DNA of 64,000 nucleotides from Bdellovibrio sp. (GTDB lineage: Bacteria > Bdellovibrionota > Bdellovibrionia > Bdellovibrionales > Bdellovibrionaceae), in assembly GCA_036677065.1 (NCBI GenBank), contig JAKFBS010000003.1, forward strand, positions 192,001 to 256,000. Direction: 5' to 3'. The notes beneath the pieces were generated by a model. That model did not search any database. It was not told the DNA's origin and worked only from the letters and a program-made list of their open reading frames with translations. The stretch's first letter is position 1. Each line of letters begins with the position of its first letter. Shown one piece after another: positions 1 through 9,665 of the stretch. A program made the translations under genes and the position numbers.

Positions 1-445
1 AGACAAATACGAACTTAAGCAAAGAACTAAGACGAGGATTAAACGTGTAATTCCTATGAATCAACTAGGACAACGCTCTTACATTTATGGAGTAAGCGAC
101 GTGGAAATTCTGATTTGGCTTTTTTAAAGAAATTGGGAGAACCAATCAATCCCCCATATTGATCACCAGTTTCATGCAGCTCAAGCTTTGTCGAAGATCG
201 GTAGCATTATTAGATTTCATGATCTTCGACACACGTTTGCGAGTCAGTTTGAAATCAATGGTGGTAGTATTTACGATCTTCAGAAGTTCTTGGGGCACAC
301 TGATATAAGTATGACTTTAAAGTATGCGCTCTTATCACAAGAGCATCTTCAGCGGTCGATGAAAAACTTTAGCTTAGTCGAGAGCGGAAAGGTTTTGAGA
401 CTTCAGGAATTCGCAAAACTTGGAAAAGCTTACCCAAAAATGTGA
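1..445 (+). pseudogene. Tyrosine recombinase/phage integrase C-terminal remnant, frameshifted, truncated by window edge
   Basis: ORF 188..445 carries FHDLRHTFAS and LGHTDISMTLKY (HxxR, H and catalytic Y motifs). Upstream frame 2 reads TKTRIKRVIPMN (integrase-like Lys loop) and then hits a stop near 125, so the gene is broken. Confidence 0.8.
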
Positions 446-487
446 ATCAGTAATTTGAATTTTGAGAGAGAAAACGAAGAACGAAAA

Positions 488-572
488 TGGTGCCCAGTGA
501 GGGAGTCGAACCCCCATGCCTCGCGGCGCTAGGTTCTAAGCCTAGTGTGTCTGCCAATTCCACCAACTGGGC
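488..572 (-). tRNA. tRNA-Leu (anticodon TAG)
   Basis: Reverse complement GCCCAGTTGGTGGAATTGGCAGACACACTAGGCTTAGAACCTAGCGCCGCGAGGCATGGGGGTTCGACTCCCTCACTGGGCACCA: 7-bp acceptor stem, anticodon loop CTTAGAA, long variable arm, GTTCGA T-loop, encoded CCA. Confidence 0.97.
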
Positions 573-626
573 ACAGACGTAAACAGACGGTCAAATTAAC
601 CGTCCTTACATAAAAAGACAAATAAA

Positions 627-1019
627 TTATTTATCGCTGATTAACTTTTTGTAATCAGGGGCGCGCATTAAAGCCGCTAATTCTTTTTCAGAATCCATTT
701 CGATGCGTACTAACCAACCTAAGTTGTTTGGGTCGTCGTTTAAAGAAGCAGGATCGTCTAATAAAGCCGAGTTGACTTCGATAACTGTGCCTGAAACTGG
801 GGCAAATAAGTCAGAAACAGCTTTAACTGATTCTACAACGCCGAAAGCTTGGTTTTGCGTTACTTTTTGTCCTTCTTCTGGAAGATCAACGTAAACGATT
901 TCGCCTAATTGGTCTTGAGCGAACTCAGTAACACCTACAGTTACGATATTTTCGTCAACTTGAGCCCACTCGTGGTCTTTTGTGTAATAAAAATCTTCTG
1001 GGATGTGAAATGTAGCCAT
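627..1019 (-). CDS. gcvH: Glycine cleavage system H protein
   Basis: YTKDHEW, GVTEFAQDQLGEIVYV and lipoyl site VESVKAVSD; directly downstream of gcvT. Confidence 0.97.
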   Translation of the reverse strand: MATFHIPEDFYYTKDHEWAQVDENIVTVGVTEFAQDQLGEIVYVDLPEEGQKVTQNQAFGVVESVKAVSDLFAPVSGTVIEVNSALLDDPASLNDDPNNLGWLVRIEMDSEKELAALMRAPDYKKLISDK

Positions 1020-1032
1020 TTTTAGCTCCTAG

Positions 1033-2118
1033 TTACTTTTGGACGAAAGGTGTTTTAACGACAACAGATTTAACAAGCTTTCCGCGAATGTCCACGAAAA
1101 TCTCAGAGCCTTCTGCCGAATGCGCAGTTGCAACGTAAGCAATGCCGATCGGTTCATCAAGAGTCGGTGAATGCGTGCCGCTCGTCGTGATGCCGATGAC
1201 TTCACCTGCTGCATTTTTAATCTCATAACCTTGGCGGGGAATTCCGCGCTCTAAAGTCTTATAGCCGATCAATTTACGTTTAAGGCCTTGTTCTTTGGCC
1301 GCAACGATTTGCGCCTTATTCATAAAGTCTTTAGCTTGCGGTTTAATAACCCAACCTAAAAGCGCTTCATAAGGGTTTGTCGTATCATCAATCTCGTGAC
1401 CGTAAAGAGAGTACTTCATTTCAGTGCGTAAAGAATCACGCGCGCCTAAACCAACCGGAACTGGTTTTAACGGATGTGCCATTAGTGCATTCCATAGTGC
1501 AGATGTTCCTGCAGCTTCTACGAAAACTTCGCAACCGGCTTCGCCCGTGTAACCAGTTGTGGCGATCATCACATTGAAGTTTTGAAATTTAGATTTTTTA
1601 ATTTCGTTACGAGCCCAAGTGCTTGGTTTCATCTCTGGAAAAATTTGATCACATAGTTCTAAAGCTTTTGGTCCTTGAATAGCGATTTGTCCCCATTGCG
1701 AAGATTCATTCGTGATATCGGCACCGGCTTTATTATTTTTAGTCATCCACGCGAAATCTTTTTCGATGTTTGAAGCGTTCACGCAAACTAAGTAGTCAGC
1801 ATTTTTTTCTAAACAATAAACAAAGATGTCATCGACAAGGCCACCTTGATCGTTGGGTAATAAGCTGTAGTGCGCTTGTCCTGGCTCTAATTTAGAGACA
1901 TCGTTCGTCGTTAACCATTGAAGGCTTTCAACTGCCTTAGGGCCTTTAAATCGAATTTCACCCATGTGCGAAACATCAAACAAGCCGATGTGTGTGCGGC
2001 AAGCTGTGTGCTCTTCTTTAAGACTAGTGTACTGAACGGGCATTTCCCAGCCAGCAAAGTCGACAATACGAGCGTTTAATTTTACATGATCTGCATAAAG
2101 TGGAGTTTTTTGTGACAT
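1033..2118 (-). CDS. gcvT: Glycine cleavage system aminomethyltransferase T
   Basis: KTPLY, FAGWEMPVQY, GLFDVSHMG, TGYTGE, GLGARDSLRTE motifs. Confidence 0.97.
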   Translation of the reverse strand: MSQKTPLYADHVKLNARIVDFAGWEMPVQYTSLKEEHTACRTHIGLFDVSHMGEIRFKGPKAVESLQWLTTNDVSKLEPGQAHYSLLPNDQGGLVDDIFVYCLEKNADYLVCVNASNIEKDFAWMTKNNKAGADITNESSQWGQIAIQGPKALELCDQIFPEMKPSTWARNEIKKSKFQNFNVMIATTGYTGEAGCEVFVEAAGTSALWNALMAHPLKPVPVGLGARDSLRTEMKYSLYGHEIDDTTNPYEALLGWVIKPQAKDFMNKAQIVAAKEQGLKRKLIGYKTLERGIPRQGYEIKNAAGEVIGITTSGTHSPTLDEPIGIAYVATAHSAEGSEIFVDIRGKLVKSVVVKTPFVQK

Positions 2119-2178
2119 GGCTCAGAACGTACAATGTTAGGCCTTACTGAATCAAGTTTTTTCACCTATGATGCGACT

Positions 2179-2331
2179 ATGGATGACGGTCATTTTCTAT
2201 CGTTTGCGACAATCTCATTGGGTATCGTTTTATTTTTTGTCTTAGCTTTAGGCGGCGTGTTTATTTATCTGTTTTTACGTGGGCCAAGGCCTGAAGCTAC
2301 ATTGCAAGAAATCAAAACTAACAAAGACTAA
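2179..2331 (+). CDS. Small single-pass membrane protein (start probably ATG 2179)
   Basis: Clear hydrophobic helix followed by a charged tail; TATGAT 6 nt before the ATG. Confidence 0.5.
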   Translation: MDDGHFLSFATISLGIVLFFVLALGGVFIYLFLRGPRPEATLQEIKTNKD

Positions 2332-2401
2332 TTCGTCTCTCGAATTTTTAAACACATATAGTCGTTCTGAACTTGCTTAATGCTTTGCAAAGCGCTTTAG
2401 C

Positions 2402-2740
2402 ATGGGAAAAAATAGTCGCAAAAATAAGCTCCTTGAAAAGTACTCCAATGTGGAGTACTATGGAGATAGGGTTGAGTGGTCAAAAAATGTGGATAAGCAG
2501 CTAGACAGATTACCTGCAAACATGCGCAAGAAGTTTCATGATTGGGTAGAGTTAATTCGGGTTAGTGGAGTAGCTGTAACTAGAAGGATACCTGGATTGC
2601 ATGATGAACCCCTAAAAGGTTATCGGCAAGGTCAGCGATCAATAAGGCTTAATAGAGCTTATCGCGCGATATACATAGAAACAGCAGAAGGTGAACTTAG
2701 AGTGATCCAGGTTATAGAGGTAAATAAACATGAGTACTAA
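2402..2740 (+). CDS. Type II toxin, RelE/HigB-like mRNA interferase
   Basis: HDEPLKGYRQGQRSIRLNRAYRAIY motif; overlaps the downstream HTH gene. Confidence 0.85.
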   Translation: MGKNSRKNKLLEKYSNVEYYGDRVEWSKNVDKQLDRLPANMRKKFHDWVELIRVSGVAVTRRIPGLHDEPLKGYRQGQRSIRLNRAYRAIYIETAEGELRVIQVIEVNKHEY

Positions 2741-3041
2741 AAGAATATATGGAATTGCTGATTTAGAAAAAAGGCATGGGCCGATGACTATGGCTATGTC
2801 GTTAAGAGCTAATCGTCTAGCGGACGAAATTTCACAAGTTGATTTTGCTAAAAAGCTTAAAATTTCTAAGGCTAATCTATGTGATATTGAAAAAGGAAGA
2901 AAACTTGTCAGTATTGAAAGAGCCGCTAAGTTTGCAAAACTTTTACAAATGCCTGAAGCGTATTACGTGACTTTGGCTTTACGTGATCAACTGCGCGCCG
3001 CTCATCTTAAATACGAAGTTTTTATTAAAAAAGCCTCTTAA
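2730..3041 (+). CDS. XRE-family HTH antitoxin (HigA-like)
   Basis: SQVDFAKKLKISKANLCDIEKGRK HTH; toxin-before-antitoxin order with 11-nt overlap. Confidence 0.85.
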   Translation: MSTKRIYGIADLEKRHGPMTMAMSLRANRLADEISQVDFAKKLKISKANLCDIEKGRKLVSIERAAKFAKLLQMPEAYYVTLALRDQLRAAHLKYEVFIKKAS

Positions 3042-4054
3042 ATTTTAATTTTAGTTTTAATTCTAAGTTCGTTCGATTTTTTTTCGGCATCATCGGGGAT
3101 TGCGATCAGCTCACCGCGCGGGATTGTCTGATCGTTTTTTTCTTTATGCATCCACGCTAAAAATTCACGTTCGGTCGATCTGCAAACCAGTTGTCTGGTT
3201 TTACCTTTTTCATTTAGCGAATCACCCACGGTGCGCGCCATGTTTTTAATTTTCTCAGGTGGCGGTGTTTTTTTCGCTAATAAATAACTTGTCGTGATGG
3301 TTTTATTTTTAAACGGTAAATGTTTTTCAGTTTCCCAAAACCATTCCGGCGCTTGCACGTGATATCTGTCATGACACCAATCGGTTTTTGACTGCGTGAA
3401 TAGGGGACAAGCCTGTTGATGCGTGCACGGAGCCCAGATGTAATAACCACGATCTATTAATTGTTGGCGAAGCGCAGAAAGCTTTCTGCCATCATCTTGA
3501 GTTGATGGTTCTAAAATCATAATTGAATCAAAATCATAAAACCCGTTTGGAAGCTCTTGCATCTCAGTTAAACTATAAGAAAAAACTAACAATGAATTTC
3601 TATAATCAACATCTAGGTTTTTTAATTTTAATTCGTTCGAATACTCTGGATTTTTTAAATACTGTTTTAAATCAGTAAAGTTTTTTAAAGCCACAGGGGA
3701 TTGATCGATTAAAATCTGTTTCTTTAAATTTTGCGGAAGTGTTTGTGACAAAGCTAAACTGGCTGTGCCCGGGCCTGTGCCCCAGTCTACGGTAGATTGA
3801 ATGTCTTTGAAGAATTCAACTTCAAGGCCACGACGAATCACGTTTTCATTTCTGATGTAATTTAAGGGTAGGTAATAATAGCGGTAAGCTTTTTGGCAGT
3901 ACTCTTTATCCCACGGAGTCAGGTCATCGGGATTATTTACGAAGTAATCTGACAGCGTTTTAATGAAATCAGCCAAAGTTAAGGTTTTTAACTCTGGCTG
4001 GGCCGCACTAGGCTGATGAATAAGATCGAAAATTTTAGAATGCTGTTCAGACAT
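3038..4054 (-). CDS. Rsm22/METTL17-like SAM-dependent methyltransferase-fold protein
   Basis: AYRYYYLP, DWGTGPGTAS (SAM motif), FSYSLTE, ILEPST and APCTHQQACPL...DWCH. Confidence 0.75.
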   Translation of the reverse strand: MSEQHSKIFDLIHQPSAAQPELKTLTLADFIKTLSDYFVNNPDDLTPWDKEYCQKAYRYYYLPLNYIRNENVIRRGLEVEFFKDIQSTVDWGTGPGTASLALSQTLPQNLKKQILIDQSPVALKNFTDLKQYLKNPEYSNELKLKNLDVDYRNSLLVFSYSLTEMQELPNGFYDFDSIMILEPSTQDDGRKLSALRQQLIDRGYYIWAPCTHQQACPLFTQSKTDWCHDRYHVQAPEWFWETEKHLPFKNKTITTSYLLAKKTPPPEKIKNMARTVGDSLNEKGKTRQLVCRSTEREFLAWMHKEKNDQTIPRGELIAIPDDAEKKSNELRIKTKIKI

Positions 4055-4063
4055 TCTTGTATA

Positions 4064-5575
4064 TTACTTCATACACGTGCTAACGCAACTTTGATATGCC
4101 ATCTGAATTTTTGGCGATAAACACTCGGCCGTACCTTTGTGACGTAAAATACCGTAAGTCGAACTAGGCGTTGCTACGTTTTTGCCACCAAAGTAAGCTT
4201 GGCAAGCTGCTTTTGCGATTCCCATAAATGCCGTCGTCATTTTCGTAGATTCACGTAAGTAATCTTTAGCGATGTATCTGTTAAGACCAATACCATTTTT
4301 TGATGGTGAACTTTGGCTGACAACGAAATCCCAGTAAGTCGTAGACAATGAATTACACTGTGTCGCTGATGTTAAACGTTTTAAACCGAACGGATCGGCG
4401 CCAATTTTATCAACTAAAACAACGTGACCGTTAACACCTACAATGTCTCCTGGAAGAATCGAAGTTGTAGGCGTTGTTGTTACGTTATTAAAGCATGTAA
4501 AACCTGAGCTTGATGCACTAATAAATTTCGATGAGTTTTGACGGGTATAAACCGCTTTGTTTTCAACACCTGGTTTATAGCGTAAACCACCAGCTGCAAT
4601 TGAAGCTGAAACGTAAGCCGAACAATCGATACCTAAAGCAGAAGTTCCCGAACCGGCATTTTTAGAAAAATCTAAAATGTTATTGGCGATCGCGGCTTGT
4701 CCACCGTAATCATAAATTAATGGATTGCTTCTAACATTGAAACAACCAGACTGCGCACCGCCGGCAACCTTAATATAAGGATGGGTGTTTTGCACCGAGC
4801 TTAAACTAGATACGCGACGTAAACCGCCGACGCCATCAGTGTGTGTGCCGTAGCGTTCGATACCCTGAACATCAGCAGTGGCTGCTGAAACTTCAGGAAT
4901 CTCTAATACCGCACAGCTTTGATAAGCTGTTGCTAATACGTTGTGTGAACCGACTAAAACATTTTTTTGCCCGACAGCTGGTGGCGCATCAGTGATCGTT
5001 CCTGGGTCAGATGTGCCGCCGCCAGTAGTAGGCTCAGAAGGTTCATTAGTTACTGGATCATTTGGTTCTTCAGTTTCGCCGGTGCCGGCGCCACATTGAA
5101 CATCTAATTCTTTTACAGCTTGATCAACTTTAGCAAATGACTTTGAAGCCACCTGATTTAACTGAACGTTTTCTGGAGTCGAAACGTCTTCCATTTCCAT
5201 TTCGATAATGGTTTGTAAATGTTCTTTTGCAGTTGTTGTTTGTTTTAATTCTGCAGCTTTTTCGATTAACACTTTATACAGATCAGAAATATTTAATTTT
5301 AAATTTGCAACCGCTTCTGGGTTATCAATTTTTTGCGCTAACACAATCGCGTCGATTTTTTCACTTAATGAAGAAGAAAAATCAGCTAAGGCAGGAGCTT
5401 CTTGTTCGTTATCTAAGTAGTCATACATTGAATCGTAGACTTTACTTTTGAAGCTGTCGCAACCGATCGCTTCGGCGGCCTTTTGGCTTGACTCGACTAT
5501 CCTAGGCTTGTTGTTCATGCAACCAACCGAGAGTGCGATTGATGCTAGTAAAAGTGATTTAGAAAATATTTTCAT
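4064..5575 (-). CDS. Lipoprotein with C-terminal NlpC/P60-like (papain-fold) domain; start probably ATG 5575
   Basis: Lipobox LSVGC, Pro/Gly/Thr linker, GIDCSAYVS and PGDIV...GHVVLV; GAGGA RBS before 5575. Confidence 0.6.
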   Translation of the reverse strand: MKIFSKSLLLASIALSVGCMNNKPRIVESSQKAAEAIGCDSFKSKVYDSMYDYLDNEQEAPALADFSSSLSEKIDAIVLAQKIDNPEAVANLKLNISDLYKVLIEKAAELKQTTTAKEHLQTIIEMEMEDVSTPENVQLNQVASKSFAKVDQAVKELDVQCGAGTGETEEPNDPVTNEPSEPTTGGGTSDPGTITDAPPAVGQKNVLVGSHNVLATAYQSCAVLEIPEVSAATADVQGIERYGTHTDGVGGLRRVSSLSSVQNTHPYIKVAGGAQSGCFNVRSNPLIYDYGGQAAIANNILDFSKNAGSGTSALGIDCSAYVSASIAAGGLRYKPGVENKAVYTRQNSSKFISASSSGFTCFNNVTTTPTTSILPGDIVGVNGHVVLVDKIGADPFGLKRLTSATQCNSLSTTYWDFVVSQSSPSKNGIGLNRYIAKDYLRESTKMTTAFMGIAKAACQAYFGGKNVATPSSTYGILRHKGTAECLSPKIQMAYQSCVSTCMK

Positions 5576-5601
5576 GTTGAGTCCTCTTTTTTGCAAAGGC
5601 T

Positions 5602-5629
5602 CTATCGGCGCGGTTTTGCAGCAACGTTA
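5602..5629 (-). promoter_or_regulatory. sigma28 (FliA)-like promoter
   Basis: Minus strand TAAC-N16-GCCGATAG upstream of the lipoprotein gene. Confidence 0.55.
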
Positions 5630-5735
5630 GAGACGTAGAAATTGTAGAAAAATTGGACACGAACCTGCGAAATTCAGGTTAGAAACAAGAATGAATTGCC
5701 TATGAATTGTCTATGATTTTTACAGGACTAACGTC

Positions 5736-6725
5736 CTAAGAGAGCTCGATCTTTGTCATGCAATCAGTGTGATCGCACGTCTCGGGATTGGTAACTTTTG
5801 GTAAATAAATATGAATGTTTTCTCCGCGTGGTGCCCAACGTATCGGGTGATGAACGCGAATATGCGAAAAAATCGCATGCACTTCTTTGTCTAAACTAGA
5901 AGCGATGTGCGCGACTCCTGTCGAGGGCGCAATTATTTTTTCAGAATAATTTAAAATTTCTAAAAGTTCGTTGAAATTTAATTTACTTTGCAGCCATTTA
6001 ACTTGGGGATGGTTTACGTAAACAGATTTTATTTCGTTCAAATAAGGTTCATCAGAATCTGTTCCGGTGATCACAATGATACGGTTTAATGAAATTTGTT
6101 TAGCAATATATTCAATGTACTTTTGTTGTGGCCAGTTTAGTGCTGAGCCCATCATTCCGGGGTGAACGACAATGTAATTTGGTTTAAGGCCAAATTTATC
6201 AAGCGTCGCTGTTGATTGCGGTTTTTTAAATTTAAAGAGAATTTTTTTCGGATCTTGCGTGATCGGGCCTGTGATTTTTTCGATCAGTTCAAGATTATAT
6301 TCAAACTCATGCTTAAGCGCACGCGAGCGTTTTTGCCGTACACCTTCGTTTAAGAATAGAAAACTGTGCCACTGGCTTAAAACTCCAATGCGGTGGCGAA
6401 TACGATGTTTAAATAACTCGTAATTAATCCACCAAGGGCATTGAAAGCTGACAGCGTAATCAAAATTATTTTTCGCTAAGAAGTCGGCAAAGATTTTTCG
6501 TGATTCTTCAGGTTTGGCTTTATCAAGTTCTATGTAGTTACGTTTTTTTTCGCCGAATTCAACTATGCGGCCCATGCCTTTTTGCACGACCCAAGTGATG
6601 TCATAGGCGCTCTGATCCAACACTTGATCTGTAGGTAATGTACAGATCAAGTCGCCGATTTTATCTAAGCGGATCAGAACGATTTTTTTCACTAAGTGTA
6701 TGAATCTAACGGCGGGCAAGAACAC
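5736..6725 (-). CDS. Glycosyltransferase family 9 (LPS heptosyltransferase-like); start may be GTG near 6692
   Basis: IRLDKIGDLI, VVHPG, STGVAHIASSL motifs. Confidence 0.85.
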   Translation of the reverse strand: MFLPAVRFIHLVKKIVLIRLDKIGDLICTLPTDQVLDQSAYDITWVVQKGMGRIVEFGEKKRNYIELDKAKPEESRKIFADFLAKNNFDYAVSFQCPWWINYELFKHRIRHRIGVLSQWHSFLFLNEGVRQKRSRALKHEFEYNLELIEKITGPITQDPKKILFKFKKPQSTATLDKFGLKPNYIVVHPGMMGSALNWPQQKYIEYIAKQISLNRIIVITGTDSDEPYLNEIKSVYVNHPQVKWLQSKLNFNELLEILNYSEKIIAPSTGVAHIASSLDKEVHAIFSHIRVHHPIRWAPRGENIHIYLPKVTNPETCDHTDCMTKIELS

Positions 6726-9547
6726 ACGATGTTTTTATCGCCGTAAACGTTATCTACGCGGCCTACAGGTGGCCAGTACTTATTCGTTTTTACCCAAGAT
6801 GCAGGGTAAGCCGCAACTTCGCGTGTGTACTTATGGTTCCATTCAGTGGCTAAAAGTGTTTCAGCTGTGTGTGGCGCGTTTCTAATCACGTCAGGGCAGG
6901 CGTCAGCTTCTTTGCGAATCTGAATCATCGCTTCACAAAAACGATCAATTTCACGTTTTGATTCTGACTCGGTTGGTTCGATCATTAATGTGCCGATCAC
7001 TGGCCAAGACATTGTGGGCGCATGAAACCCGAAGTCCATTAAACGTTTTGCGATATCAGTCACATCAATCTCATGAGATTTTTTAAGCGGACGAATATCA
7101 ATAATACATTCATGTGCGACTAAACCTTCTTTACCTTTGTAAACGATCGGGTAGTGAGGCGCTAATTTCTTAGCGATGTAGTTCGCAGATAAGATCGAAG
7201 TCATTGTCGCTTGTTTTAAGCCTGCAGCGCCCATCATGGTGATGTAGCTCCAGCTGATTGGTAAAATCGAAGCTGAACCCCATGGTGCTGATGTTGTCGA
7301 ACCCACACCCGTTGCAGGGCCTGCTTCTTTAACAAGTGAATGTTTTGGTAAATACGGAGCTAAATGTGCGCCAACACCGATTGGGCCAACACCTGGCCCG
7401 CCACCACCGTGAGGAATCGCAAATGTTTTATGTAAATTCATGTGCGAAACATCTGGTCCGAATTTACCTGGTTGAGCCACGCCCACTAACGCATTTAAAT
7501 TGGCGCCATCCATGTAAACCTGGCCACCATTTTTGTGAATGATTTCGCAAATATCAGTGATCGCTTCTTCAAAGATTCCGTGAGTTGACGGGTAAGTCAC
7601 CATCATCGCGGCTAATTTATCTTTATGTAATTCAGCTTTGGTACGTAAGTCATTTAAATCAACGTTTCCGTTTTCGTCACATGCAGTAACCACAACTTGA
7701 AAGCCTGCAAGCACTGCCGATGCTGGGTTAGTGCCGTGTGCTGAAGATGGAATTAAACATATGTTTCTATGTAATTCATTTCTAGCTTTGAAGTATTCAC
7801 GAATGACAAGTAATCCAGTGTATTCACCTTGGGCGCCAGAGTTTGGTTGTAGTGAAACAGCAGCAAAGCCCGTGATGGCGCAAAGTTTTTGTTCAAGATC
7901 TTTAATTAGTTTTTGGTAACCCAGCGTTTGATTGCTTGGAACAAACGGATGCATTTTGCTAATTTCAGGCCAAGAAACCGGAATAAGTTCAGTGGCCGCA
8001 TTTAATTTCATCGTGCAAGATCCAAGTGGAATCATTGAATGAGTTAAAGTGATGTCTTTATTTTGCAATTGGTAAATGTATCGCATTAACTCTGTTTCAG
8101 AGTGATATCTATTGAATGTCGCATGAGTCATGAAATCAGTGGTACGAATAAATTCTTTGTTCCATTGATTTTTTAATCCCGCTTCAAGATCAGCAAGTTT
8201 AAATGATAAAGCTTGGCCATTGTTGAAAGCTATTAATAAATCTTCAACTAATTTGTGGTTACAAGTTTCGTTAATAGAAAAACCCACGCCGTCATTGTAA
8301 ACACGCACGTTGATTTCTAATTTTTCTGCCGCAGTTACAATCGCTGCTGTTTTATCAGTTTTAATTTTTACAGTGTCAAAAAATTGTGTCGTCGTAGTTT
8401 TAAAACCTAATTTTTCTAAACCAGCTACAGCTAATTGAGTTAAGCGGTGAGTGCGTAATGCGATTTTCTTTAAACCTTGTGGGCCATGATAAATACCGTA
8501 CATCGCTGCAATGTTGGCTAATAGCACTTGCGCGGTACAAATGTTTGAAGTCGCTTTTTCACGACGAATATGTTGTTCACGAGTTTGTAAAGTTAAGCGT
8601 AAGGCTTTTTTACCATGGCTATCAACTGACACGCCGACTAAGCGTCCTGGTAATGAACGTTTGTAAGTGTCTTTCGTCGCCAAATACGCAGCGTGAGGGC
8701 CACCAAAGCCCAATGGTACGCCGAAACGTTGCGAGTTACCCACAACGATATCCGCACCCCATTCACCCGGAGGAGTTAATAGCGTTAGTGCTAGTAAATC
8801 AACCGAAGCAATGGCAAGTGCTCCGTGATCATGAAGTTTCGCCGTAATCGCTTTGTAATCTTCAATCGTACCTTCAGTTGTCGGGTATTGAAAAATCGCT
8901 GCAAAGATTTCTTTTTTGAAATCGTAAGTCGAAGGATCAGTAATGATCATTTCTAAGTTTAACGGCTCAGCGCGGGTTTTTAAAACTTCAATTACATGCG
9001 GGTGGGCTTGGGGGTGAACCACAAACGCATTGCAGTCTTTTTTCTTACACAATGAATGTGCCATCATTAGTGCTTCAGCAGCGGCTGTGCCTTCATCTAA
9101 TAACGATGCATTTGAAATTTCCATTCCAGTAAGGTCAGCAATCATTGTTTGAAAGTTTAATAAACTTTCTAAACGGCCTTGCGAAATTTCTGGTTGGTAA
9201 GGTGTGTAAGCCGTGTACCACACTGGATTTTCAAACACGTTACGTAAAATCGGAGACGGCGTGATCGTATCGTGAAATCCCATGCCGATAAGGGTTCTGA
9301 AAACTTTATTTTCAGAAACTGTTTTTTTAAGCTGGTTTAAAATTTCAAATTCAGAAATTCCATCGCCGACGTTTAATTTTTCGTTTGAAAAAATAGTTTT
9401 AGGTACAACCTTGGTCATCAGTTCATCGAAGTTTGTGAAACCAAGAGTGCTCAACATTTCTTGTTGATCTGCGGGTGTGGGTCCGATGTGACGGCCAGTA
9501 AATTCCGAGTTCGTGTGAAGGGTAGAAAGTGACGTATTTAAATCCAT
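6692..9547 (-). CDS. gcvP: Glycine dehydrogenase (decarboxylating), P protein
   Basis: RHIGP, YTAYTPYQPEISQGRLE, REKATSNICTAQ, HMNLHKTFAIPHGGGGPG. Confidence 0.98.
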   Translation of the reverse strand: MDLNTSLSTLHTNSEFTGRHIGPTPADQQEMLSTLGFTNFDELMTKVVPKTIFSNEKLNVGDGISEFEILNQLKKTVSENKVFRTLIGMGFHDTITPSPILRNVFENPVWYTAYTPYQPEISQGRLESLLNFQTMIADLTGMEISNASLLDEGTAAAEALMMAHSLCKKKDCNAFVVHPQAHPHVIEVLKTRAEPLNLEMIITDPSTYDFKKEIFAAIFQYPTTEGTIEDYKAITAKLHDHGALAIASVDLLALTLLTPPGEWGADIVVGNSQRFGVPLGFGGPHAAYLATKDTYKRSLPGRLVGVSVDSHGKKALRLTLQTREQHIRREKATSNICTAQVLLANIAAMYGIYHGPQGLKKIALRTHRLTQLAVAGLEKLGFKTTTTQFFDTVKIKTDKTAAIVTAAEKLEINVRVYNDGVGFSINETCNHKLVEDLLIAFNNGQALSFKLADLEAGLKNQWNKEFIRTTDFMTHATFNRYHSETELMRYIYQLQNKDITLTHSMIPLGSCTMKLNAATELIPVSWPEISKMHPFVPSNQTLGYQKLIKDLEQKLCAITGFAAVSLQPNSGAQGEYTGLLVIREYFKARNELHRNICLIPSSAHGTNPASAVLAGFQVVVTACDENGNVDLNDLRTKAELHKDKLAAMMVTYPSTHGIFEEAITDICEIIHKNGGQVYMDGANLNALVGVAQPGKFGPDVSHMNLHKTFAIPHGGGGPGVGPIGVGAHLAPYLPKHSLVKEAGPATGVGSTTSAPWGSASILPISWSYITMMGAAGLKQATMTSILSANYIAKKLAPHYPIVYKGKEGLVAHECIIDIRPLKKSHEIDVTDIAKRLMDFGFHAPTMSWPVIGTLMIEPTESESKREIDRFCEAMIQIRKEADACPDVIRNAPHTAETLLATEWNHKYTREVAAYPASWVKTNKYWPPVGRVDNVYGDKNIVCSCPPLDSYT

Positions 9548-9665
9548 GTATATCCCCGTATGTAATTGTTCGAAAACACGCTATCACGGGGGGGTTGAGG
9601 GCACAATGATCTACACGGAGCGCTTGCGCTCTATAGCTAAGTGCTTATTTTGTGGTCTATCTTGA

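Noticed and set aside
9548..9665. Glycine riboswitch upstream of gcvP (or gcvT)
   Set aside because: The intergenic spaces are short and lack the GGAGA...CGAAG...CTCAGG aptamer signatures.
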